Below are positions 13,532 through 27,100 of a stretch of DNA of 64,000 bases, piece by piece. The DNA is from Azolla caroliniana (taxonomy: Eukaryota > Plantae > Polypodiophyta), in the NCBI GenBank assembly GCA_043228905.1, contig JBHGNT010000002.1, positions 25,110,001 to 25,174,000 on the forward strand, written 5' to 3'. The notes under the pieces were generated by a model. That model ran no database searches. It had not been told where the DNA came from and saw only the letters and a list, made by a program, of their open reading frames with translations. Every line of letters starts with the position of its first letter. Position 1 is the first letter of the stretch. The translations under genes were made by a program, and so were the position numbers.

Positions 13532-15099
13532 CACCTTTGTTTCATGGAGTCAACGTTAACAAATTTATGATCCATTGTTGCATGTGTAAACCTGCCTGTA
13601 TTACACTAAGATCATTGGTGAAGCCTAAGAACCTGCACAACGGTTGTGCAAGGTTTTGGCAAATGTTATTTGGTGGTACTAGGAAAACAAAATAGCTAGA
13701 CCTCACTTGTGCAACTAACTTGTCATGGATTCATGCCCTAAGATTCTCGCCATATACAAAATAAGGTGACAGGTTCCTTACATATATGAAAGGAGATTCA
13801 AAAATCTACATTCAGCATTGATAATGGCACATCACCATTGAGCTTTTGCAACAAAGAGGGAGAGGGAGCAAGGCTCAAAGAAGAACTATTGTAATCATAA
13901 CAAGTTCTGGCGATGCCAGAAATATTCCCAACCATTCAAAGGCTAACTTAGTAATTGAGGTATCACATCATGGAACTTCATTGGATAGTACATATTTAAT
14001 TTCAAGATAAGAATATAATTGATATCCCATTTTATAGTATCAAAAAACAAGAAAATCCACATTTCTAAAAGAGTGAACGATGAACTGCACATGATCTGAA
14101 ATCTGATTTTTATGTTAGTGAAACATCAAACTTTCATGTAAGATTTCTAAACCAGACTAGAAATCACTACTACATATAAGGCTGCAATAAATGTGTAGCT
14201 AAAAATCTAAATCCAGATTGTAAAATTATTATAAGTCTCCATTCTCATATCAATGAAACAAGATACACATCTGTTTCTGCCCAGAAATATCTAAAGAACC
14301 ATACATTAGTTAGGGTTCTCACAGGCTACTTGCCTCTTTAGAGACATTAATATAACCTTTTTCTGCCTTTAATCCTCTTATCAGGGCCTATCGATGAACT
14401 CGACTTTGTTCTCCAGATTATATTCTCGCAGAACAATTATACATAAACCATCACCTAAGTACAAAACATTCAAACTGATAGTATGAAGTCAGATGGACAG
14501 AAACATAACATACGACACTGTCATCAATATAACTCTTCATTGTCAATAAATTATCCAAAGAGTTGTGTTGTTAGCATCCTAAATATAATGTCCAAAATAT
14601 TGATGAAATGTAACTCCTCCCTGATCGGAGGACAAGGTAATCATGGGCTTTGCAGTTGAATGATCCATAATGAAATTCTAGACCTGCAAACAAACCACAA
14701 TATCATTGACACTTGAAATTAGACAACTAAAAAGTACTCTCCATTCTCGAATATATTCTATTTGTAGCTAAATACTGAAATCAAAGTTACTAGTACACCA
14801 TAATCGCTGCCTCAAAGCAGTCAGTCAAAGAGACAGATAGCATGATATCATGATTTTCACATTTGATGGGTCATATAAGCTATTTGCCACTCACGTTGTC
14901 CCAGACTTATAGCTCTCAAGAACTACACCTACATGGCTCTCCGTTAAGAGCAAGAACTAATCCTTGACCTCTTCCAAGGTATATCGCCTGTTCTTTACAC
15001 AACTCTCCCCTTCACTTGATTTAGTGAAGGAACCAGAGTACCTACATATATTCTCCCTTTAGATCGGCATCGTCTTTGATTGATCAAAGAAAAGCAATC

Positions 15100-16720
15100 A
15101 CAAGAATATGGACAAAACTCCAGCATCAGAGGAACAAACAGCCATTCTTGATAAGGTAAGTTTGATTCCATTACTTATTATTTTTGTTCATTCAGTGCCT
15201 TACATGTACAAGGTGGCTATCACCAGATATGGATTACACCCGAACATGTACATAACATTATGTTTCGAACTGCTTTGGTCTCTAGGAATTTCATGTAATG
15301 TCCTTTGGACTTTTAAATGCCTTTGTCAGACATAGAAATGTTCTTGTTGCTTTCAATAAGATGATGGATAGGATTTTTGGTTCATATGGGGCCATTGTTG
15401 ACATGTTCTTTGATGATGTGGTAGAGCACAAGAACCATTTGACACTGATTTTCTCTAAGAATTAGAAAATGAGCTCATACAAAATACATTTTCTTGGACG
15501 CAATGTTTCAAAACAATGGTGCAAATGGATTGTTCCAGGGTAAAAGCAATCAATTCATGGACAGGTCTAAAAACGTTTCATGTTGTTCACATTTTTTTAT
15601 GTCTATGACCTTATTACACGAGGTTTAAATGCCATTTTGCAGAGATTGCTTCACACCTATATGCTGCAAGAAAAAGGAGGTACCTTTAGGTGGACTAATA
15701 TAAAAATTAAAGATTTCAAATATTCTAATGTAGCATGGTCAAGTAGTGGCATATGAGAGTAGAGAAGCAGCTACTGGCTGTGATCCATGCTCTCTCCAGA
15801 AGGAAACATAATCTTCTACATGACGGATTATCAACACGTGTGTTATGTTCTCACAAGCAAAGTTGTCCAAAGAGTATCCTGGGTGAGCGAATTTCTCGTC
15901 AACATTTCAATTTCCAAGTGTGCCTGTTGAAGGCAAAACAAATGTACTAATTTCATCCATTCTCACAAAAACAAGTGTCAACAAGATCTTTTGTCTACCG
16001 TCATGAGTCTGATGAATTGCTATATGCTGGGGATGATGATTTCACAAGGGTAATAGATCAGCTAGCTGCTGATGAATGAATGAATGAAAGCATGAGCTTC
16101 AGAACCTCAGAGGTAGGCCTCTTGTTGTGCAAGAAAAATAATTTATTGCAAAGAAGTTATGGCCTAAAGTTTCAGCTGAAATCATGATCCACCAATTGGG
16201 GGCATCACGTTATTGATTCCAGTCAAACCAGTTGAGACTTCCATTTATTGTCCAGCTTTGCAATGAGACATTGGAAACATTAGTTAATGGTACCAATGTT
16301 AAATTTGAAAGGCAAAAGGCACCAAGATGCAGCCCTTCCCAAACACAGGTAAACTGTGGGAAGGTATGGTTCTACACTTCATGTATTATCTCCCCATATC
16401 ACAAACTACAAACAATGGATATGGACTATCATATGTAGATTCAGTAAGCAGTGGGTCATCATTGTCATGAATTTATAGCACCACTCGGTGATTAACCATT
16501 CTTGAACTTTGACGGCAAGGGCATGGAACATTTGTTATGCACCTTCTAAAATTTCAATCAAAATTATTGATGCACCTTCTAGCATGTATTATTATGCACC
16601 TTCTAAAATTTCAATGAAATTTATTGATGCAGTTTGTATTGTTATGGACCTTTAAGTCTAGCTAAAGGTTGGAAGATACATAAAGCATTCCATGTGCGCC
16701 TTCTGGAGAATTTTATAGAT
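15100..16720 (+). mobile_element. Highly degraded Ty3/gypsy pol relic
   Basis: Scattered motifs: FFDD-like RT core near 15405, RNase H-like EKQLLAVIHAL at ~15760, IHKAFHVRLL (the gypsy IHxVFHVSLL motif) at ~16676. Many stops and frameshifts. Confidence 0.6.
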
Positions 16721-18277
16721 GGTGTACCTGACAATGTGACACTTTAGAAATAACTTCGATATAATTCAAATCAAACTGGAGTTGCATCAGCGTTGACAGT
16801 GCTCAAAAACAAGTTATGTGATGGCACAAATAGTGTGTTACCAATTAGCATGTATTGTTAGACCTGCAATGGAGACTGCTTGCATTGCTCCAAAAGGACA
16901 GCATGTCACAAGGAGGTTATTTTCATTCTTCTTTTACAACATTATCTAAGGGTTGTTTTCTGTTTCTTTTTTCTTCCTTTTCCTTCTTTTTACTTCTTTT
17001 ATTTAATTACTTATCGAATTCTTCCCCCTGAAATCTTGAACACCTGAAATAGCCAAAGACAATGGTTCCAAATTTGACTTTGAGGCAAATGGAAAGAGTA
17101 TATCGGAAGCTCCACATGTATGTTTTCGTTTCTAAAATATGCTTAAACTGATGGCTGTGTTTCTAGGTTTTGGGTTCTACCTTATTATATCCTATTCTAT
17201 CAATTATCAATAAACAAATATTGAAAGGGGCATTAGTTTTTGTAGCCAATAGGGTGTCAATTTTATTATTCACCATAAGCTTTAATACCATGTGATATTA
17301 GTTGGACAAATTAAATGAAATGCCCATTTCCCAAACAATCAATGGAAAGTTTCATTACAAAACCTATAGACGGTAAGCTTAAGCACGATTAAACTTTTAG
17401 ATACCCCAAGTTTAGAGACAAGGGGTTTGGAGGACACTTGCCCTTTGTGTAAAGATAGAGTTCAAACACAATCTCAATTGTAGCAAGATGTTATAAACAA
17501 CAGTTATCGTGCTTTTATGGGGCTCCTCTTTGTTTAGACCAGAAACTCACTTACAAGGCCAATTCTTAAGAGTACATTTGCATTTTGTGTGTTCTTGATT
17601 CTTTAGTTCTGCTTGTGGAAATTGGAGCAGGCAATTTAGTTTCACTCATGTTAGACATCATGTTCATCACAATATATTCACTGTCTTGGTATCTTTCATA
17701 AAACTGGCTGTTTGATTTTAGCAAATGAGTATATAATTACAATTATTTGGTTACCATGGTATTTGTGGGCAATAACAAATAATGAGATAACGTACTTTAT
17801 TGCTTATGCATATAATATATGGATTATCTCTAATATCTATTCACTCTTGCCTATAGGAATGGAGTTCCACTGGTATCTCTTGAATAGAAAGCTCATCGCT
17901 TTCCTTAATGGACAGGTATTCCTTTCATTAGAAGAAAATAAAAGCAAACAATACCCACAATGACATGTCTAAAATACGTGCATAGAGAGTGTGCATGACC
18001 TGCACATAACTATATCGTGGACTAGTACATGCTATGGTTCATTATTCATACCATACGAAGTAGCGGCAGGTAAAAGATTGCACATTACTAAATAATCCTA
18101 AACTCATAAGCCAATGCAGAATGTATTTCTACAGAAACATAACCAGAGTATACCATGAAGAAGTTGCAATCTCGTATTTTTCATCTTATCTATAATCGGA
18201 ACATCTGTCTTCTCAAGCACAAGTTTTGGCAAGCACTGACCTGGTGTGCTTGGGGGTGGGTTGTGATCTGGCATGAC

Positions 18278-18451
18278 CTATTTCATCTTCTGCTCGGTGA
18301 AGAGGACGTGCTTCTTGACAAAGGGGTCATACTTCCGGAACTCGAGCTTGTAGGCGATCCTTCGAGGGTTCTTGGGCTTTACATAGAAGTAGCCAGTACC
18401 TGCAGTCGAAACCAGGCGTATCAAAACTGACGCACTCTTGGCTTTCCCCAT
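18278..18451 (-). CDS. RPL33: Ribosomal protein L33, mitochondrial type (bL33m), 57 aa
   Basis: [57 protein letters not shown] carries the L33 signature. It is below the ORF-track length cutoff. Confidence 0.93.
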   Translation of the reverse strand: MGKAKSASVLIRLVSTAGTGYFYVKPKNPRRIAYKLEFRKYDPFVKKHVLFTEQKMK

Positions 18452-18994
18452 ACGAGAACCCTAAAGAGATGATCCCGCTCTCTTCTCTGGGGTCTTCTCT
18501 TTCTCCGGACCGGCTCTGTACTCGGCTCGGCTCGGCTCGGCTCTGCTCTGTTCCAAATTCCAATTACTCACTAATTACCTCCTCTGTCTGGATGGCCCAA
18601 GGAGCCCTAAAATGTGAATGTTTTCTTATCTTTATATATATGTACATATATGTACATAATATCTCTATTGGATTATAATGTTTTTATGCTGCCATGACAA
18701 TGAGAGGCACCTACCTTTTGACTCTCTTTCTCATCACATGAGTGAAAACACTCACCCCTCGGATCGGGTCCATCGGCAAAGAGAAGCACTTATGTGTCAG
18801 AACCATAGCGTCGTGTAGCTTAAATACAAAATGTTAGCTATAGTCTCATTGTTGTCGTCTTACAAAGAGAGAGAGAGAGAGAAAGAGAAAAAAGTCTCGA
18901 TTCGATTACGATTACCGTTGGCCATTATTGCGTTTTCACGATCAGACGGACCTATCTTGCCCGTAACAAACTTTTTGTACATACAAAAATGTTC

Positions 18995-19030
<36 letters not shown>

Positions 19031-22000
19031 AACATCATTCAGCTACTTTTTGCCCCACCTCTATGTCATTCCCCTTTTGAAACTTGCCCACCGAGCCACA
19101 AATCGAGGCTATAATTGAGCACGTTTAGGTATATGGACTCTGTTGCTGCAAAAAAATTATTGAACTGAAGAGACACTTCTGAATAATCCAATATTCATAT
19201 CTTTAGCACATGGAACGTGAGTTGTTACACCTCTTGGGGTGGAGCTGATAAAGACAAGCCATGGGTTCAAATGTATTGGACCCACAACAAGGACCCGTAT
19301 GTTGTTGTCCTCCTACACATGAATTTGCGAGTTAAAGTGGAGCAAAGAGGAAAAACAAAACATATCCTAGCCTTGGAAAAATCATAAGCACTATAACACC
19401 ATGTAAGCCAAGTTAGACCACAAGAAAACAAGGTAGTGCCTACTTGGAGGCCAATATTAGGTGACATGAATTGGAAAAACATGCCCTTAAGAAAGAGGTT
19501 CAAGCCAAGCCCAAAATATTGGAGAGACTTCACACAAAACGGGATAATATGAAGTATTTGTATACATGCTTCAATAAATACATTAAAGTAAAAATGGCAT
19601 TATTAAGCAACCTTGCACAACAAAGGGGTGAATTAAGCGAGATAGATACAATTTTTTAAGGATGAGATTGAGGGCATTGATAGCCAAATAGCAAGGGATA
19701 AGTTGGGAAATTAACCATTGGTGGCCTCCCATGAGTTCTTATTAAAGAACAATGGCATCCAATCATCACTCAATCGACACAAATGAGTAGGCAAACTATC
19801 ACGAAAGTGTAGTTTGGCATCTTTAATAATATCACATAAAAACCTATGCCCTCAACAATGATCTCATCAAAGATGGCAATGGCATCCATAAATACTACAA
19901 TGAGAGAAGTAGGATTTGTGGAATTATTCTGGAAGGAACCCCTCCCCTTAGCCATAAGTATGCCCCAAAAGTTGGTAGACTCTTCTCAAAATGGCTAGTA
20001 AATTCAGAACATGGGAGGCAGGTTGCTACATCTTGTGTAAATGGAAGGCATGTATGTTGGTACAGCAAGCATGCTCTTAAGTGGTGATGGTAGTGGAAAT
20101 TTATAAAAGCCAGCAAAGTCTTTGACTCAATGTAACATCATTGTTGCTTGAGAACCATTGGATGTGCCTAGAATTGCAGGTACATATTTAAGGAATCAAC
20201 ATTGGCATGTGAGCCAAGGACAATGAAGGGAATGCATGTTTTGGGGATGCCAACAACATTGAAGACCCCACGATACATGGAGGTCTACATTGATCTCCGA
20301 AACTTGATCTCAAATTTATCTATGTTACTTAAATACAAGTATATATACTGACACAATGTATAACCATTCATAAGAATAGCATTCTTGCACATACACATAT
20401 ATGTGTATCTTATGATCAAATTTTGATTCCGGCTAGAATTGCATGTATATTGCAAATAGACATTACTGTTAGCTATATTGTTCATATACTCTGATGTTCC
20501 AATTACCGTTACACTGCACTACACAATTTATGTATTCTCTAGTATTTACATCATTATCCAGTTAGTGGATAATACACTAATCTACTAGGCTAAAACCTTG
20601 GCCACACCCAATGGTACAAACATCCAAACAAATGTTTCAAAATTTTGCCTTACTCTTTCAAGTTGAGTTTTCTATTATTGAGAAGTGTCACAAAAGTCAT
20701 CAAAGTAGATTTTGATATGATCCACTTGTCAACTCTGTCTCTGGCCCTTGTAGAATTTTCTTCAAGCGGTCTATAATTTGAGTCAATCCAATTTGGATTG
20801 TAATCCAGTGTTGCCTCTGGATTGTGTCTTCTAATGAATTCCAATAGCATAAATTCTACCCCGAAAAACATGGTTCTCTAATGCTTGCGTTGTCATTTTC
20901 TCCATTTCTTATACTGTGTTCCTCAACTTATGCAGGTTCTTCTTCAGATGCATCACAGTTCCACATCATGTGACCATTTTCTTCATCAAAATATATCATC
21001 AGTTTCCGCAAGCTTCAAGCAGATGTGAACTAAAATACTTCAATCATTACGTATATAAATTAGACGTTTGATTGGATTATTCAGCCACGCCGTGAGCAAT
21101 TGGTAGTACAGTCAGAAATTCCTACACATATGTTGACCTACTATCGCTTTGGTCCCATGGAATTATGGCTTCCTCAAAGCTCAGCTTGTTTGGCCATATA
21201 TCGAAATAACTGATGTTGGTCCTCAGTGGCTTTAATCCCCATTATGTACATGATGTATTGTGTATTGCCAAGTGACAATAATTCCTACATTGTTCTTCAA
21301 CCTCCATGGTGGAAACGCTATCTTTATTTTTTTGATGAAAGTCTTATTCTTTTTGGTTGTTGGGAGCTGCGTGGGTGACATGAAACCCTCGTCAAATGTA
21401 TAAAACTTCCATAATCACTTATTTTTCAGCTCTGATGCTTAGTTCCTGCATATAATTTTCTGTTGTTGTTGCTTTGGACTGGACAAATAATAGCATTTGA
21501 TCAATTTGTTTCCACCTCTACTCCCTGGGCACTGAAAGTTGTTATTCTGTCCCCATTCTGCCTTATCTTGCATGATAGTGTCCTTGTTTGTCTTCATTGC
21601 TGGATCTGCAATGCACCTTACCAAATCGTTAAACATCCTAAATGTTATAACTCCGTTCTACTCCATCGTTGATAATGGTAAGGATAACAGATCATCCTCT
21701 ACCCTCTAATTAGCACACAACCAATGTATACAAACAAATGGAGGACTCACACAACAAACCAACCAACCATCTAATCCTTCCTATTTCCATCTCCTTTCGG
21801 TCTTTGACCCCTTCCACTTTCTTTTAAAGCGGTAACATAGATCAGGATCTCTCGAGACCTTCCTCGACAACCTGTCTGTGGGGGTCATGTCACTCCCATT
21901 CTGACTGGCCCCTTTTTCACTACCGCTTCAATGGAAACTGCTGCTTCTCTTGCGTTGGCCGGGAGGGATCCGCTATCAGAGCTGCTTGTCCGTCTATGTT

Positions 22001-22106
22001 TCGTTCACCTTGTGGGAGATGGAACCTGCAGCCATTTCTGAGAGGAGTTTGGAGATGTGTTTCCTGCATGTGGTAGAAAAGACCATCCTATAATATATAT
22101 ATACAT

Positions 22107-22175
22107 ACATGTATGTATGTATGTATGTATGTATGTATGTATGTATGTATGTATGTATGTATGTATGTATGTATG
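22107..22175. repeat. (GTAT)n microsatellite
   Basis: Long perfect gtatgtat run. Confidence 0.95.
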
Positions 22176-22958
22176 TATATATTACTATATACATATGTAT
22201 GTACATATGTATTTCTATACATACATATATGATATGGGTGGCCCAAAGCCACCCCCATCTAGTTCTACTTGAGTTCTCTATGTCCTCTAGAGGCACACTT
22301 AGTTATTGGGGTATGGGCGGGGTAGGGTTGTTCTTGATTATTGTCTTCTTGGGGCGGTGGTTCTAAGTGTGCCATTCCCTCTTATCACTTTGATTATCGA
22401 TCACGAGTCCGGTTTCACACTATGGCCATCGCATTTGTCCGGCCGGAAACTCGTAGGCAAGTCAAAACCCCTACCCTTACACGTTTAAGATTTGAATCGT
22501 GCGACGCGCCATTCCCGATCTGCTCCTCGCTTCCTTTTTCTTTTTGGCTATTTAATGCCCTTTACATACAGTCTCGGGCTACGTCACTCCTCGTTTTGGT
22601 TGGCCACTTATACATGTCCAAATTTATCTAGCATGCCAAGTTTCACATAACAATGGCTAATTGGCATACTCATGTGTCTTTATTTTACATATATCCTAAC
22701 AATGGGAAGCATGTTCTTGTGTTCCCCATGTCCATTCACTCTTCGGCGGATTTCTCCCTTGAGCGAATGAAAAATTGCTTAGCATAAATTCATACGCAAT
22801 GTGGATAGTTTGGATAGTACGAGTGTAGTGGCATAAATGTGTGTGGAGGGGGGGGGGAGGGGAGGGAATCATCACATCACACACATGGACATGTGCTCAT
22901 AGGAAGTGTTTACGAGTAATGTGAAGCATGTGGCAATATACATGCTCTGTTGGCGCAA

Positions 22959-23200
22959 ATAGAGCCTTTGGATTCTCTCACCAATGCCAACCTTGTTGCT
23001 CGAATCAACATTCTCACAGTCGGCTTTGCTAGTGATGGTGGTGCTTGCTTTCTACACGGGTAAAAGGGGCGAGACGGTCATAGAGCCTTTGGATTCTCTC
23101 ACCAATGCCAAGCTTGTTGCTCGAGTCAGCATTCTCACTTTCGGCATTGCTACTTGATGGTGGTGCTTGCTTTCTACACATGTAAAAGGGACGAGACGAT
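22959..23200. repeat. 121-bp tandem duplication
   Basis: atagagcctttggattctctcaccaatgccaa...gtaaaagggg/acgagacg starts at 22959 and again at 23080. Confidence 0.85.
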
Positions 23201-23372
23201 CACCTTACATTGGGAGAGATGCATTTCAACATCCCACGAAGTTCGACAGAATGTATGACAGGGGGGGTCAGGGCACCAAGGAGCTGCTCGAATCCTCCAA
23301 ATTGGTGGTACATACTAGTACTGCTACTACCATAATAAGCAAGGAGCACCAGCCACTACACCCCAGGCCCCC

Positions 23373-23409
<37 letters not shown>

Positions 23410-24182
23410 ATGTTGATGTGTATAGAGAGTAAAATATTATACATACATATATGTATAGTTTTTAGTGTCTTTTGTGGGCTGAAAGTCGCCCTCCTGCTCT
23501 GAGTAAATATATTTTTAATCTGCTTCTTCTCTGTCTCTCTGTCTCTCTATTGCTCGATGCCACATCCTCTCTCTTCACCACATCCTCTCTCTTCCGCGCC
23601 CCTCTGCTACAGGACGAAGATCTAGAAGCCCTTCTTCCCTCCCACTCCCTCTCTCCTCCCTGGGCTCGTCCTGCTCCCATCGATTCCCACTGTAAACCCT
23701 AATTTTGCAATCTCTGTGACATTTTAACCTAACACACCCTCCCCCCTCTTCTGCTCTGAGGCTTCCTATGATCAGTTGCGCACAGAGTACCTCTCCCTCT
23801 CCCTCGCCATCGCCATCGCCCTCGCCCACACCCACATCCACGCCCACGCCCACGCCCACACCCAGACAGTCCTGCCAGGTACCCGTACGAGTTGTCTCTT
23901 CTCTCAGGAAAGAAGATACTCTGTACCGTTATGGGCATGGAAACCCTAGAATGACAGAACATTGGATGCAACAGAGCAGGCACAAGGTTAGGGTTTCGCA
24001 TCATCGGAAACGGAAGAAGTGCAAAGGTTGTAGGTCAGTGTTGCGGCGCTATTGTACAGGGTAAAAAGCAAACAGAAAACAGAGATGGGTAAGATGCTTG
24101 CATAGTCCTTCAAGTGTGTGTGAAGAAGTAGTATATGTAGTGTAGTATTAGCTCGTATTGCGAAAAGAGAGAAGTGTAGAGG

Positions 24183-27100
24183 ATGGAGGGATCAAGTGAA
24201 ATGAATCCATATATTGATAGCTCGGTTGGGGGACTAGTTTGGGTGAGAAGACGGAATGGGTCATGGTGGCCTGGTCGCATTCTCGGAGCAGAAGAGCTAC
24301 CTGGTTCTCATCTCTTATCCCCAAGAACAGGTACCCCGGTGAAGCTACTGGGCAGAGAAGATGGCAGTGTGTAAGTTCACTATGCTCTTCTTTGCTTTCA
24401 GATACTTTTCTGAAAATTCTAGACTGCTAGTCTATGCCTTCATTGTCAGCGTTTCAAGTTTCTGATTTGCCTACGTGATGGTTGATACGATGTTTTTCGA
24501 AACCTGCAGTGCTTGTGGTCACCTCAAATTTTCTTTGTGCGTATATTTTCTGTTTTTGATTGGTTGATTGATGTGTGTGTTGATTTGTTTTTTAAGTGTA
24601 GTTGATGTTTTATATATGATCACGTTCTAGGAATTTCATGTTTCTGGTATGTTTTCTTGATGTTTGGATACCATTGTGCTTATGTACGTGTGAAATGGCT
24701 TCTTTACTCAGAATACTGCTATTAAGGTGATTGTTGCTTTACTATGTACATGTTTTTTTATCTTATTGTGCAGGAGAGCCATAAGAAGTCTAAAGTATGT
24801 TTGTGTAGTATCTGCACTGTAACATTCGTTCAATTACTGCTATATTAATGTGAAATCTGAACGCTCGTTTGGTTTAGGGATAGATAGTTTTGAACACATA
24901 TAGTTACAGCATTGTAACATTCGTTCAATGACTATTATAGTGATGTGCACGTGGATGTTTTTACTAAGTAAATGCTTGTTTCTTATGACTTGAGGAGTGG
25001 ATGACCTTGATAAGCATCAAATGTGTGTTTTATGGAATGGTAATATGCATACATCTACTGTTTCATTGATGTGTTTCCAGAGACTGGTATAACATTGAGA
25101 AATCAAGGAGGGTGAAAGCTTTCCGCTGTGGAGATTTTGACCAATGTATAGAACGAGCCAAATCTCTTGCAAGTGTGCTTACCAAGAAGAGAGAAAAATA
25201 TGCCCGGAGGGAAGATGCGATCCTTCATGCATTGGAGCTTGAAAGGAAATATAGTGAGCAGAATCACCTACTAGGAAGAAGTCTTTCAAGTTTGGATCGG
25301 AATTATAAAGAGCTGGATTTTGCAGATGATGATATGGTGTTAGATGTTGGGATTGAGGGAATTTCTCATCATTCTAACTTCCGGAATGATTTTATGGATC
25401 CAGAGTCTTCTACTGATGTAGGCCAAGCAAGCTTGGATAGTTTGTTCAACTTGCAAGGGGATAGGAAATTTCTGGAATGGGAAGATGAGATTGCCGAGAC
25501 GATTCCTCGAATGAGGGGTCTGCAAGATTTCGGCTTGAGGATCATCTCATCCAAAGATAGGAAATCAAGTTGGTCTGCATCCTATGAACCTTCTCAGAAC
25601 ACATCTTTTATAGAAGACGAAAATAAGATGGTCGGTTTCATCACCAAGAATACAGCAGCTGTATGTCCACCTGCTGGTCTCAAGGCTTCATCTCTAGTCT
25701 CAAAAAAGAAAAGATCTTTACAAGTTGGAGCTGGTGAAGATGAAAGTGCATATAAGAAGAGAGACAGAAGAAAGCCTTTCACTCGAGTATTGGAAACCAG
25801 TGTTAAACTCGATGATGATGCTATAGATCCGAGTTCAAACATATCTTCCATAATTCCAGCTCCAGGAAGAAATGGTTATGTTATTCCGCTTCCCAAACAA
25901 GAAAATCTGATTCATGCATCTGAACAGAAATCTATGGCAGGTGACAATACCTCAAGCGGTTGGCAAACTTCTGAGGTAGAAGCTAGGTCCAGCCATGAGA
26001 TGATTGATTCTTCTGCGATCATGGGTAGACCTTGCTCAACGTTCTCAGATCAAATGAAGTCAAACTGTTCTGCTGGGAGACGTTATCAATATGGTGGGTC
26101 CGAAGTTGAGGTTTCTCCTTTAACAGGATCAGCATTTGTCGATTCTATCCTCCAAGGAGGGTCTGGGTTGAGATGCACATATTTCCAAGGATCGGCTTTT
26201 ACAGGTTCTGTTACTGGAATGAGTGATACATCTTTGGACCAGACGAGCTCATTGTCAATGGCTGAAAATTTACCTAGTTCTCTACCGAATTTCCCAGTTT
26301 GGTCAAACTTCACTCATAAAGAAGAGAATGAATTTGGATTGAGAGGGCAGATTGCAAGTCAAGCAATGTGTGTACCAGATTATCCATTTGAGAATGCTGA
26401 ACCAAACAATGTTTTGCCGATTTACCCTCTCTATAACAATCGGATTGAAGAAAACTCAGTCTTTGCCAAGCAGAGCGCATATGACGGGGAAGGCTCTTCA
26501 GTTTTTTGCAGAAGTAACACAGATCTAGACACCATGAAAGCTGCTGTGAAGTCATCAAGGCAGTGCATCTTGGATGTAGCAGAAACTGATGGAGGAATGC
26601 GCACAAGGGAAGATGAAGCTGACTCCCTTCAGCCAATTCCAGGTTGGATTCCAAACATTTAGAGAGTAAGGTCACCGGTCATATTTCTGCTGGGTTTATG
26701 AATTAATCAGTATGTGTATTTGCTGGTTACCACGTATGCCAAAATGTGCACACATCACATTTAGACATTGTGTGTGTGCATGCATGCATGCATATGGGGT
26801 GTTCATAGTGTTAATGTAGACAGATAATTTAAAAGCTATTTTGATCACAGGACCATCCAGCTGTTCTGCTAGAGCTGTTGTACTTAGGGAAGGAACTTGT
26901 GCAAAACAAAAGTCTAATGCGGGTAAGAGCAAAGTTCTCTTCTGAATTCACTATTGGCATTTGCAAGTTCTTTCTATGTTTTATTGAAATACTTATGATA
27001 TATCACTCATCAGAAAGTGGCTAGTCGTTGCCCTTTGTCTTTTATTCGACTCTATAAAACCAAGTGTGGCTATAGTAATTCCATTTAGAAAAATCATAAT

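Noticed and set aside
18155-18430. 91-aa plus-strand ORF
   Set aside because: Antisense shadow of RPL33.
19200-21450. Possible decayed TE coding sequence
   Set aside because: Only faint hints and no motif I can support without a search.
21994-22366. ORFs with YVCM/IHTY repeats (also 7323-7870)
   Set aside because: Translations of (GTAT)n microsatellites.
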